The translations under genes and the position numbers were made by a program. A model generated the notes under the pieces. It ran no database searches, was not told the DNA's origin, and worked only from the letters and a program-made list of their open reading frames with translations. Positions 1 through 9,697 of a DNA stretch of 64,000 nt are shown here, one piece after another. The stretch comes from Gemmatimonadales bacterium. GTDB lineage: Bacteria; Gemmatimonadota; Gemmatimonadetes; Gemmatimonadales; GWC2-71-9. Positions within the stretch are counted from its first letter, which is position 1; each line of letters opens with the position of its first letter. The stretch covers positions 41,687-105,686 of the forward strand of contig DASYRD010000129.1 in assembly GCA_036004745.1 (NCBI GenBank). The letters run 5' to 3'.

Positions 1-2820
1 CTCGACGCCGGAGACGTGACAATCGGGATCGCCGTCCGTGCCGTCCACACAGTGCTCGAGTGCCTGGAGCAGGACCGATCCCTTGACCGACAGGCGCAGC
101 ATGCGGTTCTGGAACGGCTGTACCATCTGCACATCGCCCCACGTCACGGCGCCTTCGGGAAGTCCTGCCCGTATCCCGCCGTTGTTGACGATCCCGACGT
201 CGGCCTTGCCGATGTTGCGCGCCGCATCGGCGATGAGGCGCCCCAACCCGTACTCGGCGCCCTCGCGCTTGAGCGGGACCTTAAGGCGTGCCACCGACCG
301 GCCCGTGATGGCCTTGATCGCGTCGAGTTGCGCCGCCAGCGCGCCGGTCAACTCGGGATCGGGTCGCACCGCGTCGGCATACGGCGTCACGAGCTGCGCG
401 CGCACAGCCCGGCGCGTTCCGCCGACGCGCACGAAGTCCACCACGGCGATGTCGCGCCCGCTCGATCCCGGCTCCACGATCGGAATGCCGTTGATCACCG
501 TGTCGATGCGCTGGTGCGTGTGGCCCGCCACGATCAAGTCGACGGATCCCGAATCGAGGCCCCGCGCCACATCGTAGATCGCACCTGGACCCTCGTGCGC
601 GACCACGATCACGAAGTCCGCGGCGGCGCGCGCCTCGGGCAGGTAGCGGCGGACCGCCTGCGCGCCGTTACCGAAGGCGAGGCCGCGCACGTTGCGCGGC
701 GCGGTCGTCGTGGGTGTGCTGGTCGTCGTGAGACCGATGACCGCGATCTTGACCCCGGTCTTCGTCACGAGCGTCCAGGGCAACGCCCAGTCGGGACGCG
801 CCTTTCCTGCGGAGTCGGTGATGTTGGCGGAGACGAACTTGTAGTGGGCGTCCTGCATGCGCGCCCGCAGCGTGTCGATCGACCAGTCGAATTCGTGGTT
901 TCCGATGGCGGCCGCGTCGATCCCCAAGGCGTTCATCGCGGCGATGGTGCCGCGCCCGAAGCTGAGATTCGACACGGGCGTGCCCTGCATTTCGTCGCCG
1001 GCGTCGAGTCGAATCGTGGTGCAACGGCATACCCTTTCCAGGCTATCGAGCCACGGCTTGAGCACCGCGGTGCCTCCGACGGCTCTGCCGTTCGACCAGT
1101 CCCACACGCGTGATTCGAGCTGGCCGTGCAGGTCGGTCAGTCCGAGCACGCGCAGCAGCGTGTTATCCGCGGTGCTCGCCACGACCGGGGCTGTGGGCGC
1201 GAACAACGCCCGCACGGCCGCGCGCGCCGAGTCGGGGATGATGCCCCAACTGGGCCGTAAGTACACGCGGGGCTCGAGCCGGTGCACGCGCCGGATCTCC
1301 TCGACCAGGAGGTCCCGGATGTCTTCGCCGCGATCGTAGGTGACCCGCGCGTTCGCGAGCATCCCGTACCCGCCGCCCCCGGCCGCGCGGTAGCTGTTCA
1401 GGGCGAGCGTGAAACTATCGGTCGGCTGGACCAGCTTGCCTTCGTACGCGAGCCCGCGGACGCGCTGACCCGCCGGGCGGGAGAGATCGATGTTGTAGAC
1501 GACGCCGCTCACGACATCGAAGTTGAAGCCGGGGACCGTATCGTCGATGACGCGCCGCGGCGCGGCCGGATCGAACGTGCGGAAGTACAGCGCCGAATGC
1601 TCGAGGAACTCGCGCAGCTGCTGGCCCGAGATCTTCACCGCGCGCAGCGTGTTCTCGTACGGGTACACGCCGGCGACATCGCGCAGGAGCACGTCGCCGT
1701 CCGGGAAACCCGCCTGCACGTCGAACGCCGCGGCCGCCGAGAGCTGCGTCCCCGCCTTGCGGCGCTGCACTTCATTAATGAAGTCGAGGAGCGCGCCGTC
1801 CTGGACGCGGGAGTAGCGCGCGTCGAAGCCGGGGGCCGCCGTTCCCAGCGGCGTGGCGGCCCAGAGTCGGGCAGCCTCGTGGGCGGCGTCGACGCGCCGC
1901 GTGAGCCGCGTCAGCTCGGGCGTCGTCGTCCTCAGGGGGACGAGCTCGGCGCGCACGTCGACCACCTTCCCCTGCACCACAAAGACGTGGACGACCGACA
2001 GGCTCTGCGCCCAGTTCCGCGGCTGGACGAAGTGCACGCCGTTGATCACGGTGTCGCGGATCTCGCGGTGGCTGTGGCCGACGATCACGACATCGGGCTT
2101 GGGCGTGACGGACGCGAGGACTGCCGCATCGTTCTCGGGCCCGACGCCCGTCGTGTCGTAGCTCGAGCCGCCGCCCAGTCCGGCATGAATCAAGACGATT
2201 TTGACATTCGCGCCCTCGCGCTCGAGTCGCGCCAGCGCCGCGGGGGCCGCCTCGGCGACGCGCCGCACGCGCACCTGACCGGCGAGCTGGGCGCGGTCCC
2301 ACACCATCACGCCGGGAGTCGTGAAGCCCGTGATGCCGACGCGCAGGCCGGCGCGCGGCAACACCACCGTTGCGGGGAAAAGCGGCCCACCGGTCGCCTG
2401 ATCGACGTTGGCGGTGACGTAGTGATAGGTCGCCTCGACGCCGGCGCGGCGCAGCAGCGGCAGCCCGAAATCGAAATCGTGGTTCCCGGGCGTTGCCGCG
2501 TCGTACTGGAGCGCATTCAGCGCATCGACGATCGGGTGGGGCTGCCGCTGATCCTGTTTCCCGAAGAACGTCGCGAACGGGTTCCCCTGGAGCAGGTCTC
2601 CGGCGTCGACGAGCACCACGCGGCCCGGGTACTGCGTCCGCAGGGTCTCGAGAATCGTGCCGGCGCGCGTCAACCCGCCCTGCGTTTCGACGTCGCGGAC
2701 GTAGTCCCACCCACGCACGCGGCCGTGCACGTCGGTGGTGGCGACGATGACGAGGTGGGTGGTGTCGGTGGATGCGGAGGGAGCTTGCGCCGCGAGAATC
2801 AGCGCGAACAGAACATGCAT
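1..2820 (-). CDS. Two-unit (tandem-fused) metallophosphatase/5'-nucleotidase family protein, partial; the C-terminus lies beyond the window start
   Basis: I translated the minus strand from the ATG at 2820. It reads MHVLFALILAAQAPSASTDTTHLVIVATTDVHGRVRGWDY..VDAGDLLQGN..TPGNHDFDFG..VVIVGHSHRE, which is the first calcineurin-like unit. In the stretches I translated, the same frame stays open through ~1320-1080 (..RVYLRPSWGII..LLRVLGLTDLHGQLE) into a second unit (DAGDEMQGTPVSN, IGNHEFDW, LIVAGHTHQRID near 540-480) and reads through to position 1. Its absence from the ORF track fits an ORF with no stop inside the window. Confidence 0.8.
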   Translation of the reverse strand, partial: MHVLFALILAAQAPSASTDTTHLVIVATTDVHGRVRGWDYVRDVETQGGLTRAGTILETLRTQYPGRVVLVDAGDLLQGNPFATFFGKQDQRQPHPIVDALNALQYDAATPGNHDFDFGLPLLRRAGVEATYHYVTANVDQATGGPLFPATVVLPRAGLRVGITGFTTPGVMVWDRAQLAGQVRVRRVAEAAPAALARLEREGANVKIVLIHAGLGGGSSYDTTGVGPENDAAVLASVTPKPDVVIVGHSHREIRDTVINGVHFVQPRNWAQSLSVVHVFVVQGKVVDVRAELVPLRTTTPELTRLTRRVDAAHEAARLWAATPLGTAAPGFDARYSRVQDGALLDFINEVQRRKAGTQLSAAAAFDVQAGFPDGDVLLRDVAGVYPYENTLRAVKISGQQLREFLEHSALYFRTFDPAAPRRVIDDTVPGFNFDVVSGVVYNIDLSRPAGQRVRGLAYEGKLVQPTDSFTLALNSYRAAGGGGYGMLANARVTYDRGEDIRDLLVEEIRRVHRLEPRVYLRPSWGIIPDSARAAVRALFAPTAPVVASTADNTLLRVLGLTDLHGQLESRVWDWSNGRAVGGTAVLKPWLDSLERVCRCTTIRLDAGDEMQGTPVSNLSFGRGTIAAMNALGIDAAAIGNHEFDWSIDTLRARMQDAHYKFVSANITDSAGKARPDWALPWTLVTKTGVKIAVIGLTTTSTPTTTAPRNVRGLAFGNGAQAVRRYLPEARAAADFVIVVAHEGPGAIYDVARGLDSGSVDLIVAGHTHQRIDTVINGIPIVEPGSSGRDIAVVDFVRVGGTRRAVRAQLVTPYADAVRPDPELTGALAAQLDAIKAITGRSVARLKVPLKREGAEYGLGRLIADAARNIGKADVGIVNNGGIRAGLPEGAVTWGDVQMVQPFQNRMLRLSVKGSVLLQALEHCVDGTDGDPDCHVSGVE

Positions 2821-2865
2821 AGTGCGCCGTAATCTGATGAAGGCCTGCGGTTTGCGCCACAGCAC

Positions 2866-2881
2866 GTCACAATCAGGTAAC
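2866..2881 (-). promoter_or_regulatory. Candidate Pho-box-like operator GTTACC-N5-GTGAC (read on the minus strand) in the divergent nucleotidase/phoB intergenic region
   Basis: The minus strand reads GTTACCTGATTGTGAC, 46 nt upstream of the nucleotidase ATG. The same architecture, with 11-bp-phased GTNAC half sites, recurs at 5579-5594. The neighbouring TTACCATCCCG (2909-2919) matches TTACCATTCCG at 5580-5590. Confidence 0.4.
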
Positions 2882-2924
2882 GGCGCTGGCGAGCCATCCG
2901 TGACCGGATTACCATCCCGCCTGC

Positions 2925-3638
2925 ATGCCGACCACCCACCGCGTCTTGGTAGTGGATGACGAGCCCGACATCACCGCGCTCGTCGCCTACCATCTGGCGA
3001 AAGAGGGCTATCGCGTCACGACGGCGGCGAACGGCACCGAGGCGCTGCGCTCGGCGCGCGAAGAACGGCCCGACCTCGTCGTGCTCGACCTGATGCTGCC
3101 CGGACTGTCCGGCTACGACATCCTCTCCGAGCTGCGGCGCCGCGAGGAGACGCGAGAAGTCGGCGTCATCCTCCTCACCGCGCGCAAAGAGGAACCCGAT
3201 CGCATCAAGGGTCTCTCGCTCGGTGCCGACGATTATCTCTCCAAGCCGTTTTCACCCAAGGAGCTCGTGCTACGGGTCGCGGCGATCCTGCGTCGCCTGT
3301 CTGCGCCCGCGGTCGCGTCGGGGGGCCGGATCGCCGCGGGTCCGATCGCGCTCGACCGTGGGGCCCATCGCGTCACCGTCGGTGGCAAGGAGATTGAGCT
3401 CACCGCGACCGAGTTCCGGCTCCTCGACAAACTGATCGAGCGCCGTGACCGCGTGCTGAGCCGCACACACCTGCTCGAGTCGGTGTGGCAGGCGCAGCCC
3501 GACATCCAGACGCGTACCGTCGACATGCACGTGCAGCGTCTGCGCGCCAAGCTGGGCGACGCCGGCGAGTGGGTGGAGACGGTGCGCGGCGTGGGCTATC
3601 GCTTCCGCGAGCCGACGCATCGCCGCGGACGGGGATGA
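2925..3638 (+). CDS. phoB: OmpR/PhoB-family response regulator (receiver plus winged-helix domain)
   Basis: [39 protein letters not shown] is a receiver domain. The C-terminus [35 protein letters not shown] is an OmpR-type winged helix. The stop overlaps the phoR start (ATGA), and the gene sits next to the pst operon. Confidence 0.9.
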   Translation: MPTTHRVLVVDDEPDITALVAYHLAKEGYRVTTAANGTEALRSAREERPDLVVLDLMLPGLSGYDILSELRRREETREVGVILLTARKEEPDRIKGLSLGADDYLSKPFSPKELVLRVAAILRRLSAPAVASGGRIAAGPIALDRGAHRVTVGGKEIELTATEFRLLDKLIERRDRVLSRTHLLESVWQAQPDIQTRTVDMHVQRLRAKLGDAGEWVETVRGVGYRFREPTHRRGRG

Positions 3639-5359
3639 AACTCGTCACACGGCTGTTCCTGAGTATGAGCCTGCTCGTCGCCGCGGCGGTGGCGGGCTCG
3701 ATCATCGCCGCCGACGCGGTGTTGCGCCGCGATCTCGAGGGCGAAACCGCGACCACGCTCGAGGCAGAGGCGCGGCTGCTCGCCAGCTCACTGCCCACCG
3801 ACTCCACGCGCTGGCCCGAGATCGCGCGCGCGGCGGGCCGGGACCTGGGCCGGAGAGTCACCCTGATCGATGCCAGCGGCCGCGTGCGCGGCGACGCTGA
3901 GTTCGATCGCACGGCGCTGCCCGGCCTCGAGAATCACCTTGGGCGTCCGGAGGTGCAGGCGGCGCTCGATGCAGGCGTCGGGCGCGCCGAGCGTCTGAGC
4001 GCGTCGACCAACGCGCGCCAGCTCTATGTCGCGGTGCGCGGGGGACCGCCGGGCATCGCCGTGGTGCGGGTTTCCGCATCGCTCGCGGGCATCGACAGAC
4101 GCCTCCACACGGTGCAACTGGCCGTTCTGGGGGCCGGCTTCCTCATGCTGCTCGCCGCGGGGCTCGTCGCCTGGTGGCTGGCCGGGGCGTTCGCCCGGCC
4201 CCTCGTCGAGATCTCGGCGGCCGCGCGCGACTTCGCCGCGGGACGCCCCGCCGTGTTGCCGGACTCCCACATCCCGGAGCTGGCACGCCACGTCGACTCG
4301 CTGCGCGCCATGCACGAGGAGCTCGATGACCGGTTCGCCGAGCTGCGCCGCGAACGCGAGGAATCGCGCACGCTGCTCGAGGCCCTGTCCGACGGCGTGA
4401 TCGCCGCGGATGCGCGGGGCGCGATCGTTTCCGCTAACTCGGCGGCGCGGCGCCTGCTCGACTTCCGTCCCGGGGATCCCCTGCCCCCGCTCACCGAGCT
4501 GTTCCACGATCAGGCGCACCGCGCCCTGATTCGCGAAGTGCTCGAGGGACGCGCCGTCCAACGGCGCGAGATCGACATGGGCGATCGCACCGTGCTCGTT
4601 TCCGGCCGGACCCTCCCCGACGGCGGCGCGCTCCTCGTGATGAGCGACGTGACAGACATGCGGCGCCTCGAGACGATGCGGCGCGATTTCGTCGCCAATG
4701 TCTCGCACGAGCTGAAGACGCCCCTCACCGCGATCACCGGATACGCGGAGACGCTCGCCGCCGAGGCGGAGCCTGCGTCCCAGACCGCGGGATTCGCCGC
4801 CACGATCGGGCAGAACGCCCACCGGATGCAGCTGCTCGTGGACGGCCTGCTCGATCTCTCACGCATCGAGTCGGGACACTGGCAACCGCACCGTAGCATC
4901 GTGGAGATCGACACCGCGGCGCGGGACGCCTGGGCGCCCTTCGCGGAGCGCGCCGCCGCCGCGCACATCCGCTTCGATTCGACGGTGCCGCGCGACCCCC
5001 ACGCGCTCTCGGCCGATCCCGACGCGCTGCGGCAGGTGTTCACGAACCTGTTCGACAATGCGCTGCGCCACACGCCGGCGGGGGGGACGATCCGGGTCGC
5101 CGCGGAGATGTCGAGCGACGGCGTCACCGTGTCGGTGACCGACAGCGGCCACGGCATCCCGGCGGAGCATCTGCCCCGGATCTTCGAGCGGTTCTATCGG
5201 GTGGACCAAGGGCGCGCCCGCCATCAGGGCGGGACGGGCCTCGGCCTCGCCATCGTGAAGCATCTCGTGGAAGCGCACGGGGGACGCGTCGAAGCCGAGA
5301 GCGTGCTGGCGCGCGGTACCACGATCCGTTTGACCTTCCCGAGCGTTACCAAGTCGTAG
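3635..5359 (+). CDS. phoR: PhoR-like sensor histidine kinase (TM-HAMP-PAS-HisKA-HATPase)
   Basis: I place the start at the ATG overlapping the phoB stop ([19 protein letters not shown], a TM segment). The 50 codons upstream in the track ORF are Arg-rich and overlap phoB. H-box [17 protein letters not shown]-box [11 protein letters not shown]-boxes DSGHGIP and [12 protein letters not shown]. Confidence 0.9.
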   Translation: MKLVTRLFLSMSLLVAAAVAGSIIAADAVLRRDLEGETATTLEAEARLLASSLPTDSTRWPEIARAAGRDLGRRVTLIDASGRVRGDAEFDRTALPGLENHLGRPEVQAALDAGVGRAERLSASTNARQLYVAVRGGPPGIAVVRVSASLAGIDRRLHTVQLAVLGAGFLMLLAAGLVAWWLAGAFARPLVEISAAARDFAAGRPAVLPDSHIPELARHVDSLRAMHEELDDRFAELRREREESRTLLEALSDGVIAADARGAIVSANSAARRLLDFRPGDPLPPLTELFHDQAHRALIREVLEGRAVQRREIDMGDRTVLVSGRTLPDGGALLVMSDVTDMRRLETMRRDFVANVSHELKTPLTAITGYAETLAAEAEPASQTAGFAATIGQNAHRMQLLVDGLLDLSRIESGHWQPHRSIVEIDTAARDAWAPFAERAAAAHIRFDSTVPRDPHALSADPDALRQVFTNLFDNALRHTPAGGTIRVAAEMSSDGVTVSVTDSGHGIPAEHLPRIFERFYRVDQGRARHQGGTGLGLAIVKHLVEAHGGRVEAESVLARGTTIRLTFPSVTKS

Positions 5360-5531
5360 CGTCGGCGTCACCGGCGATTGACGAGCGATCGCCATCCTCC
5401 CCTTGTGAGAATCGTACTCCTGTCACGTGTTGCGCGAGTCCCTCACCGTGCTGCGTCCCGTTCCGACGTGCGTACTTCGCATCCCGGGCGACGCCCGGCG
5501 GCGGATGCACGGCCGACGTCCGGGTGCCAGG

Positions 5532-5571
5532 TAGCGGAGGCCAGAACGGCTCCGCTATCTGCTTTTTTTTT
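5532..5571 (+). terminator. Rho-independent terminator (8-bp stem plus T9 tract)
   Basis: TAGCGGAG-gccagaacgg-CTCCGCTA is followed by tctgc and then TTTTTTTTT (5563-5571). It lies 172 nt downstream of the phoR stop and just upstream of the porin promoter region. Confidence 0.75.
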
Positions 5572-5578
5572 GAGATTT

Positions 5579-5596
5579 GTTACCATTCCGTGACAG
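5579..5596 (+). promoter_or_regulatory. Candidate Pho-box-like operator GTTACC-N5-GTGAC upstream of the porin-pst operon
   Basis: GTTACCATTCCGTGACAG lies about 85 nt upstream of the porin GTG. A further GTGACC at 5612 keeps the 11-bp phase (5579, 5590, 5612). The same motif sits in the nucleotidase/phoB intergenic region. Confidence 0.45.
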
Positions 5597-5680
5597 GGTC
5601 GATTCTCCCCGGTGACCACGCCGGGCGAGCTTTTCCGCGTGGTCGATGGTACATCGCTCACTTTTCTTGAGGAGATCACC

Positions 5681-6703
5681 GTGCACGCAAGACTCGCCTT
5701 TCGAGCGCTCGCGGCCGTCGCGCTGAGCGCGCTCACTGCGTCAGTCGTACAGGCGCAGGCCTCCGCCCAGCAGGCACCGCAAGTGTCCGTCACGGGCGTG
5801 GTTTACACGCAGTACCAGTACTCCGACGCGCCGATTGCCGCGAAGAGCACCTTCGACATGACGCGCGCCTACGTGAACGTCCTTGGCCGGTTCGCCAACG
5901 GCATCACGACACGGCTCACCACCGACATTCTCCCCAACGCCGGCGGGAACCAGTTCATCCGCCTCAAGTTTGCCTACGCGGCGTGGACCCCCACCGGCAG
6001 CAGTCTCACCTACAAGCTGGGCATGATCCACACGCCCTACGTCGACTTCGAAGAAACCCTGTGGGACTACCGCATGCAGGGCACGATCGCGGTCGATCGT
6101 AACCCAGGAGGCCCGCCCCCATTCTTCACCATGTCGGCCGCGGACATCGGATTTGGGGTCGACGGCCATTGGAACGGGGAACAGGTCAACGCCCAGTTCG
6201 CGCTCGTCAACGGAGAAGGCTACGCGGGCGGCACCGGCGACTTCCGCAAGGACTTCGAGGCCCGCGTGTCCTACCGCATCCAACCCACCGACGACAACAG
6301 TCGCGTCGGCGGTTTCCGGCTCACGGGATATGCCGGGATCGGCAAGGCCACTGGAGGCGCCGATCGCAACCGGTACCTGGGCCTGGTGTCGTACCGGAAA
6401 CAACAGTTCACGCTCGCGGGCGAGTACGTCTCGGTGAAGAACGCAGCCATCACCGGGAGCATCATCAGCGCCTTCGGCGTCTATCACCTCTCTCCTCCCA
6501 GCAAGATCGCCGTCATCGGCCGGGTGGACATCGTCGATCCGGACAACAACGTCGCTAACGATGGCAACACCCGAATCATCGGCGGCGCGTCGTACCAACT
6601 CAGCCCGAACGTGCGGATGCTCGCCGACCTCGATCGCGTGAAGCCGCAAGGCGGTGGGACTGCCGTCAATCAGTTCCTGATTCAAGCGCAGTTCGTGTTC
6701 TAA
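5681..6703 (+). CDS. Outer-membrane beta-barrel porin, possibly phosphate/anion-selective given its operon context
   Basis: A GTG start is preceded by GAGGAG 7 nt upstream. The signal peptide is VHARLAFRALAAVALSALTASVVQAQA. The sequence has an alternating beta-strand pattern and a C-terminal ..LIQAQFVF typical of OMPs. It lies directly upstream of pstS. Confidence 0.7.
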   Translation: MHARLAFRALAAVALSALTASVVQAQASAQQAPQVSVTGVVYTQYQYSDAPIAAKSTFDMTRAYVNVLGRFANGITTRLTTDILPNAGGNQFIRLKFAYAAWTPTGSSLTYKLGMIHTPYVDFEETLWDYRMQGTIAVDRNPGGPPPFFTMSAADIGFGVDGHWNGEQVNAQFALVNGEGYAGGTGDFRKDFEARVSYRIQPTDDNSRVGGFRLTGYAGIGKATGGADRNRYLGLVSYRKQQFTLAGEYVSVKNAAITGSIISAFGVYHLSPPSKIAVIGRVDIVDPDNNVANDGNTRIIGGASYQLSPNVRMLADLDRVKPQGGGTAVNQFLIQAQFVF

Positions 6704-6728
6704 TCGCCTTCGACCCGAGGACGACCCT

Positions 6729-7775
6729 GTGAAGACGACCCGTACCATCGCCCTCGCCGCGCTGCTCTGCGCCGCCGCTCCCGCGGCGGCGCAGGTGCAG
6801 CTCAACGGCGCCGGCGCGACGTTCCCGAACATCATCTATCAGAAGTGGATTCTCACGTTCAATCAGGCCAACCCGACCGTCCAGCTAAACTACCAGTCGA
6901 TCGGCTCGGGCGGCGGCATCCGGCAGTTCTCCGACGGCACCGTCGATTTCGGCGGGACCGACGCCCCGATGACCGACTCGGCCATCGCGGCGATCCAGGG
7001 GAACGTGCTGCACATCCCGACGGTGTTGGGCGCCATCGTGGCGATCTACAACCTGCCGGGCGTCACCCAGCAGCTGAAGTTCACCCCCGACGTGCTCGCC
7101 GACATCTTCCTCGGCAAAATCACCAAGTGGAACGATGCGCGGATCGCGAGCGTCAATCAGGGCGTCACCCTGCCCGCGACCGATATCGTCGTCGTGCACC
7201 GCGCCGACGGCTCCGGCACGACATTCGGCTGGACCGACTACCTGACCAAGATCAGCCCCGAGTGGGCGTCGCAGGTGGGCAAAGGCGCGTCCGTCAACTG
7301 GCCCGTCGGGCTGGGCGGGCGTGGCAACGAGGGCGTGTCGGCGACCGTCAACCAAACCCCCGGCGCCATCGGGTATACCGAGCTTGGCTACGCCACGATC
7401 AACAAGATGACCTTCGGCCAGGTGCGGAACAGCGCGGGCAAGTTCGTGGCTCCGACCCTCGAGGCCGTCACGGCGGCCGCGGCGGGCGCGCTCGCGAAGA
7501 TGGGCGCGAACACCGATTTCCGGGTGTCGATCACCAATCCCGACGGGGCGTCGGCGTATCCGATTGCCACGATGACGTGGTTGCTGCTCCATAAGACCTA
7601 CACCGACGCCGCCAAAGCCAAGGCGCTGGTGCAGTACGTGTGGTGGGCGGAGACCGAAGGCCAGGCCATGGCGACCGATCTCGGATACGCCCCGCTCCCG
7701 CCGCAGCTGCGCCCCTGGATTCAGGCGCGCCTCAAGAGCATTACGGCGGGTGGCCGTCCCGTCACCCTGCAGTAG
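6729..7775 (+). CDS. pstS: Phosphate ABC transporter substrate-binding protein PstS
   Basis: Signal peptide, then LNGAGATFPNIIYQKW..YQSIGSGGGI..FGGTDAPM..VHRADGSGTT, the PstS family signature. Confidence 0.93.
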   Translation: MKTTRTIALAALLCAAAPAAAQVQLNGAGATFPNIIYQKWILTFNQANPTVQLNYQSIGSGGGIRQFSDGTVDFGGTDAPMTDSAIAAIQGNVLHIPTVLGAIVAIYNLPGVTQQLKFTPDVLADIFLGKITKWNDARIASVNQGVTLPATDIVVVHRADGSGTTFGWTDYLTKISPEWASQVGKGASVNWPVGLGGRGNEGVSATVNQTPGAIGYTELGYATINKMTFGQVRNSAGKFVAPTLEAVTAAAAGALAKMGANTDFRVSITNPDGASAYPIATMTWLLLHKTYTDAAKAKALVQYVWWAETEGQAMATDLGYAPLPPQLRPWIQARLKSITAGGRPVTLQ

Positions 7776-7856
7776 GGAGCCAGCCGTTTGTAGTGACAAT
7801 TCCGTTACACCGTCGTGACGGCAGACCGGCGGGGGGCCAGTAGGTTCCCCGCCGGC

Positions 7857-8870
7857 ATGACAACCCTCCCGATCGAGCCGGTCCCGGCCCCGCCGCCGAG
7901 TATCGAGACGCCGAGCGCCGACTCCCGGTGGTCGTCACTGCGTGGGGTCAACGCCAGCGACCGCATCTACAAGGGCGTCCTGACCGCGCTCGCGATGACC
8001 CTGCCCCTCCTGATCATCGCGCTGTTTGCCCAGCTCTTCTTCAGCGCCCTGCCGGCGATCAAGCGGTTCGGCTTCTCATTCTTGTGGACGTCGACGTGGG
8101 ATCCCGTCGCGGAAATCTACGGCGCGGCCCCGATGATCTTCGGGACGTTGGCGTCGTCGCTCATCGCGCTCCTCATCGCGGTGCCCCTCGCGCTCGGCGT
8201 CGCGATCTTCCTCACGGAGTTCGCGCCCCGCTGGATCAGACAACCGGTGGCGTTTCTAGTCGAGATGCTCGCCGCGATCCCCAGCGTCGTGTACGGACTG
8301 TGGGGCGTCTTCGTCCTGATTCCGTTCCTGCGCAACTACATCGTGCCGCCCCTCAAGGCCCTGCTCGGGTGGACGCCCTTCTTCCAGGGCGTGTTTTACG
8401 GCAACTCGCTCCTCGCGGGCGGGATCATTCTGGCCATCATGATCGTCCCCTACATCGCGGCCGTGTCGCGCGAAGTCTTGCTGGCAGTGCCGGCGAGCCA
8501 GCGCGAGGCGGCGCTGGGCATGGGCGCCACGCGGTGGGAGGCGGTGTGGACGGCGGTCCTCCCCTACGGCCGGGCCGGGCTGATCGGCGCGATCATCCTG
8601 GGCCTCGGCCGCGCGCTGGGCGAGACGATGGCCGTCACGATGGTGATCGGGAACCGGCACGACATCAGCCTCTCGGCCTTGCAGCCCGCGTACACGATGG
8701 CCGCGGCGATCGCGAACGAGTTCAGCGAAGCGACGACCTCGATGTACCAGTCGGCGCTCGCCGAAGTCGGCTTCATCCTGTTCGTGATTACGATTCTCGT
8801 GAACGCGTTCGCCCGCGTTCTGATCTGGCGCGTGGCGCGCGGTGCCGCCGTCGGGAGCAAGGCTCTATGA
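7857..8870 (+). CDS. pstC: Phosphate ABC transporter permease PstC
   Basis: FGFSFLWTSTWDPVAEIYGAAPMIFGTLASSLIAL..GRALGETMAV is the EAA-type permease motif. I chose the ATG at 7857; the track ORF starts at a GTG at 7815, which is an alternative. Confidence 0.88.
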   Translation: MTTLPIEPVPAPPPSIETPSADSRWSSLRGVNASDRIYKGVLTALAMTLPLLIIALFAQLFFSALPAIKRFGFSFLWTSTWDPVAEIYGAAPMIFGTLASSLIALLIAVPLALGVAIFLTEFAPRWIRQPVAFLVEMLAAIPSVVYGLWGVFVLIPFLRNYIVPPLKALLGWTPFFQGVFYGNSLLAGGIILAIMIVPYIAAVSREVLLAVPASQREAALGMGATRWEAVWTAVLPYGRAGLIGAIILGLGRALGETMAVTMVIGNRHDISLSALQPAYTMAAAIANEFSEATTSMYQSALAEVGFILFVITILVNAFARVLIWRVARGAAVGSKAL

Positions 8871-9697
8871 GGAAGCTCCTGAGCGGCGTCATGACGGCCG
8901 CTGTCGCCCTCATGGCGTTCACGGCCGTCCTCGCCCTCGTGCTCATTCTTGGCGACCTCATCGCCAAGGGCGCCTCCTCGATCGATTGGGCATTCTTCAC
9001 GAAGAGCCCGGTCCCGGCGGGAGAGAGCGGCGGCGGGGTCGCCAACGCCATCGTCGGCACCGGGATCGTGGTCGGCATGGCGGGGCTGATCGGCCTGCCA
9101 ATCGGCATCGGCGTCGGACTCTTCCTCGCCGAGTATGGCTCCGGTCGCGTGGGCTTCCTGGTGCGCTTCATCGCCGACGTGCTGAACGGCACGCCGTCGA
9201 TCGTCATCGGGATCTTCGCCTGGACCTGGATGGTGAAACCGGTAGGGCGGTTCTCGGCCATCGCGGGAAGCCTCGCCCTCGCCATCCTGATGATCCCGAT
9301 GATCTCGCGCACCACCGAAGAGATGGTGCGTCTCGTGCCTCACTCGCTGCGCGAAGCCGCGCTCGCCCTTGGCTACCCGCGCTGGCGGACGTCGCTGCGC
9401 GTCGTGGCGCGGACGGCGCTGGGCGGGATCGTCACCGGGTGCCTCGTGGGGATCGCCCGCGTCGCCGGCGAGACCGCGCCCCTGCTCTTTACCGCCTTGG
9501 GCAATCTCAACTTCACGACCAAGGTCACGCAGCCGATGCAGACGCTGTCGCTCCAGATCTACGTGTACGCGACGGGCCCCTTCGAGGAGTGGCACCGCAT
9601 CGCCTGGGCGGCGGCGCTCCTGCTGATGGCGTTCGTGCTGATTCTCGCGATGGTCGCCCGCTGGGTGACGAGGCAGCGCTATGGCCGCTCCCGATAA
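8867..9697 (+). CDS. pstA: Phosphate ABC transporter permease PstA
   Basis: The ATG overlaps the pstC stop (ATGA). The sequence reads [51 protein letters not shown]. The upstream 313 codons of the 589-aa track ORF are out-of-frame overlap with pstC. Confidence 0.9.
   Translation: MRKLLSGVMTAAVALMAFTAVLALVLILGDLIAKGASSIDWAFFTKSPVPAGESGGGVANAIVGTGIVVGMAGLIGLPIGIGVGLFLAEYGSGRVGFLVRFIADVLNGTPSIVIGIFAWTWMVKPVGRFSAIAGSLALAILMIPMISRTTEEMVRLVPHSLREAALALGYPRWRTSLRVVARTALGGIVTGCLVGIARVAGETAPLLFTALGNLNFTTKVTQPMQTLSLQIYVYATGPFEEWHRIAWAAALLLMAFVLILAMVARWVTRQRYGRSR

Noticed and set aside
16-2832. Plus-strand ORFs 16..1113 (365 aa) and 1282..2832 (516 aa), and minus-strand ORF 1775..2860 in another frame
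   Set aside because: All are Arg-rich and featureless. The minus strand in the frame starting at 2820 encodes clear metallophosphatase/5'-nucleotidase motifs throughout, so these are antisense or off-frame shadows.
5378-5593. 71-aa plus-strand ORF in the phoR-porin spacer
   Set aside because: It has a TTG start, no RBS, an Arg/Pro/Ala-rich sequence, and it reads through the terminator hairpin and T tract. I treat the region as non-coding.
7928-8866. Upstream 313 codons of the 589-aa ORF that ends as pstA
   Set aside because: This stretch is an out-of-frame overlap with pstC and is Arg/Pro/Asp-rich. pstA starts at the ATGA junction at 8867.
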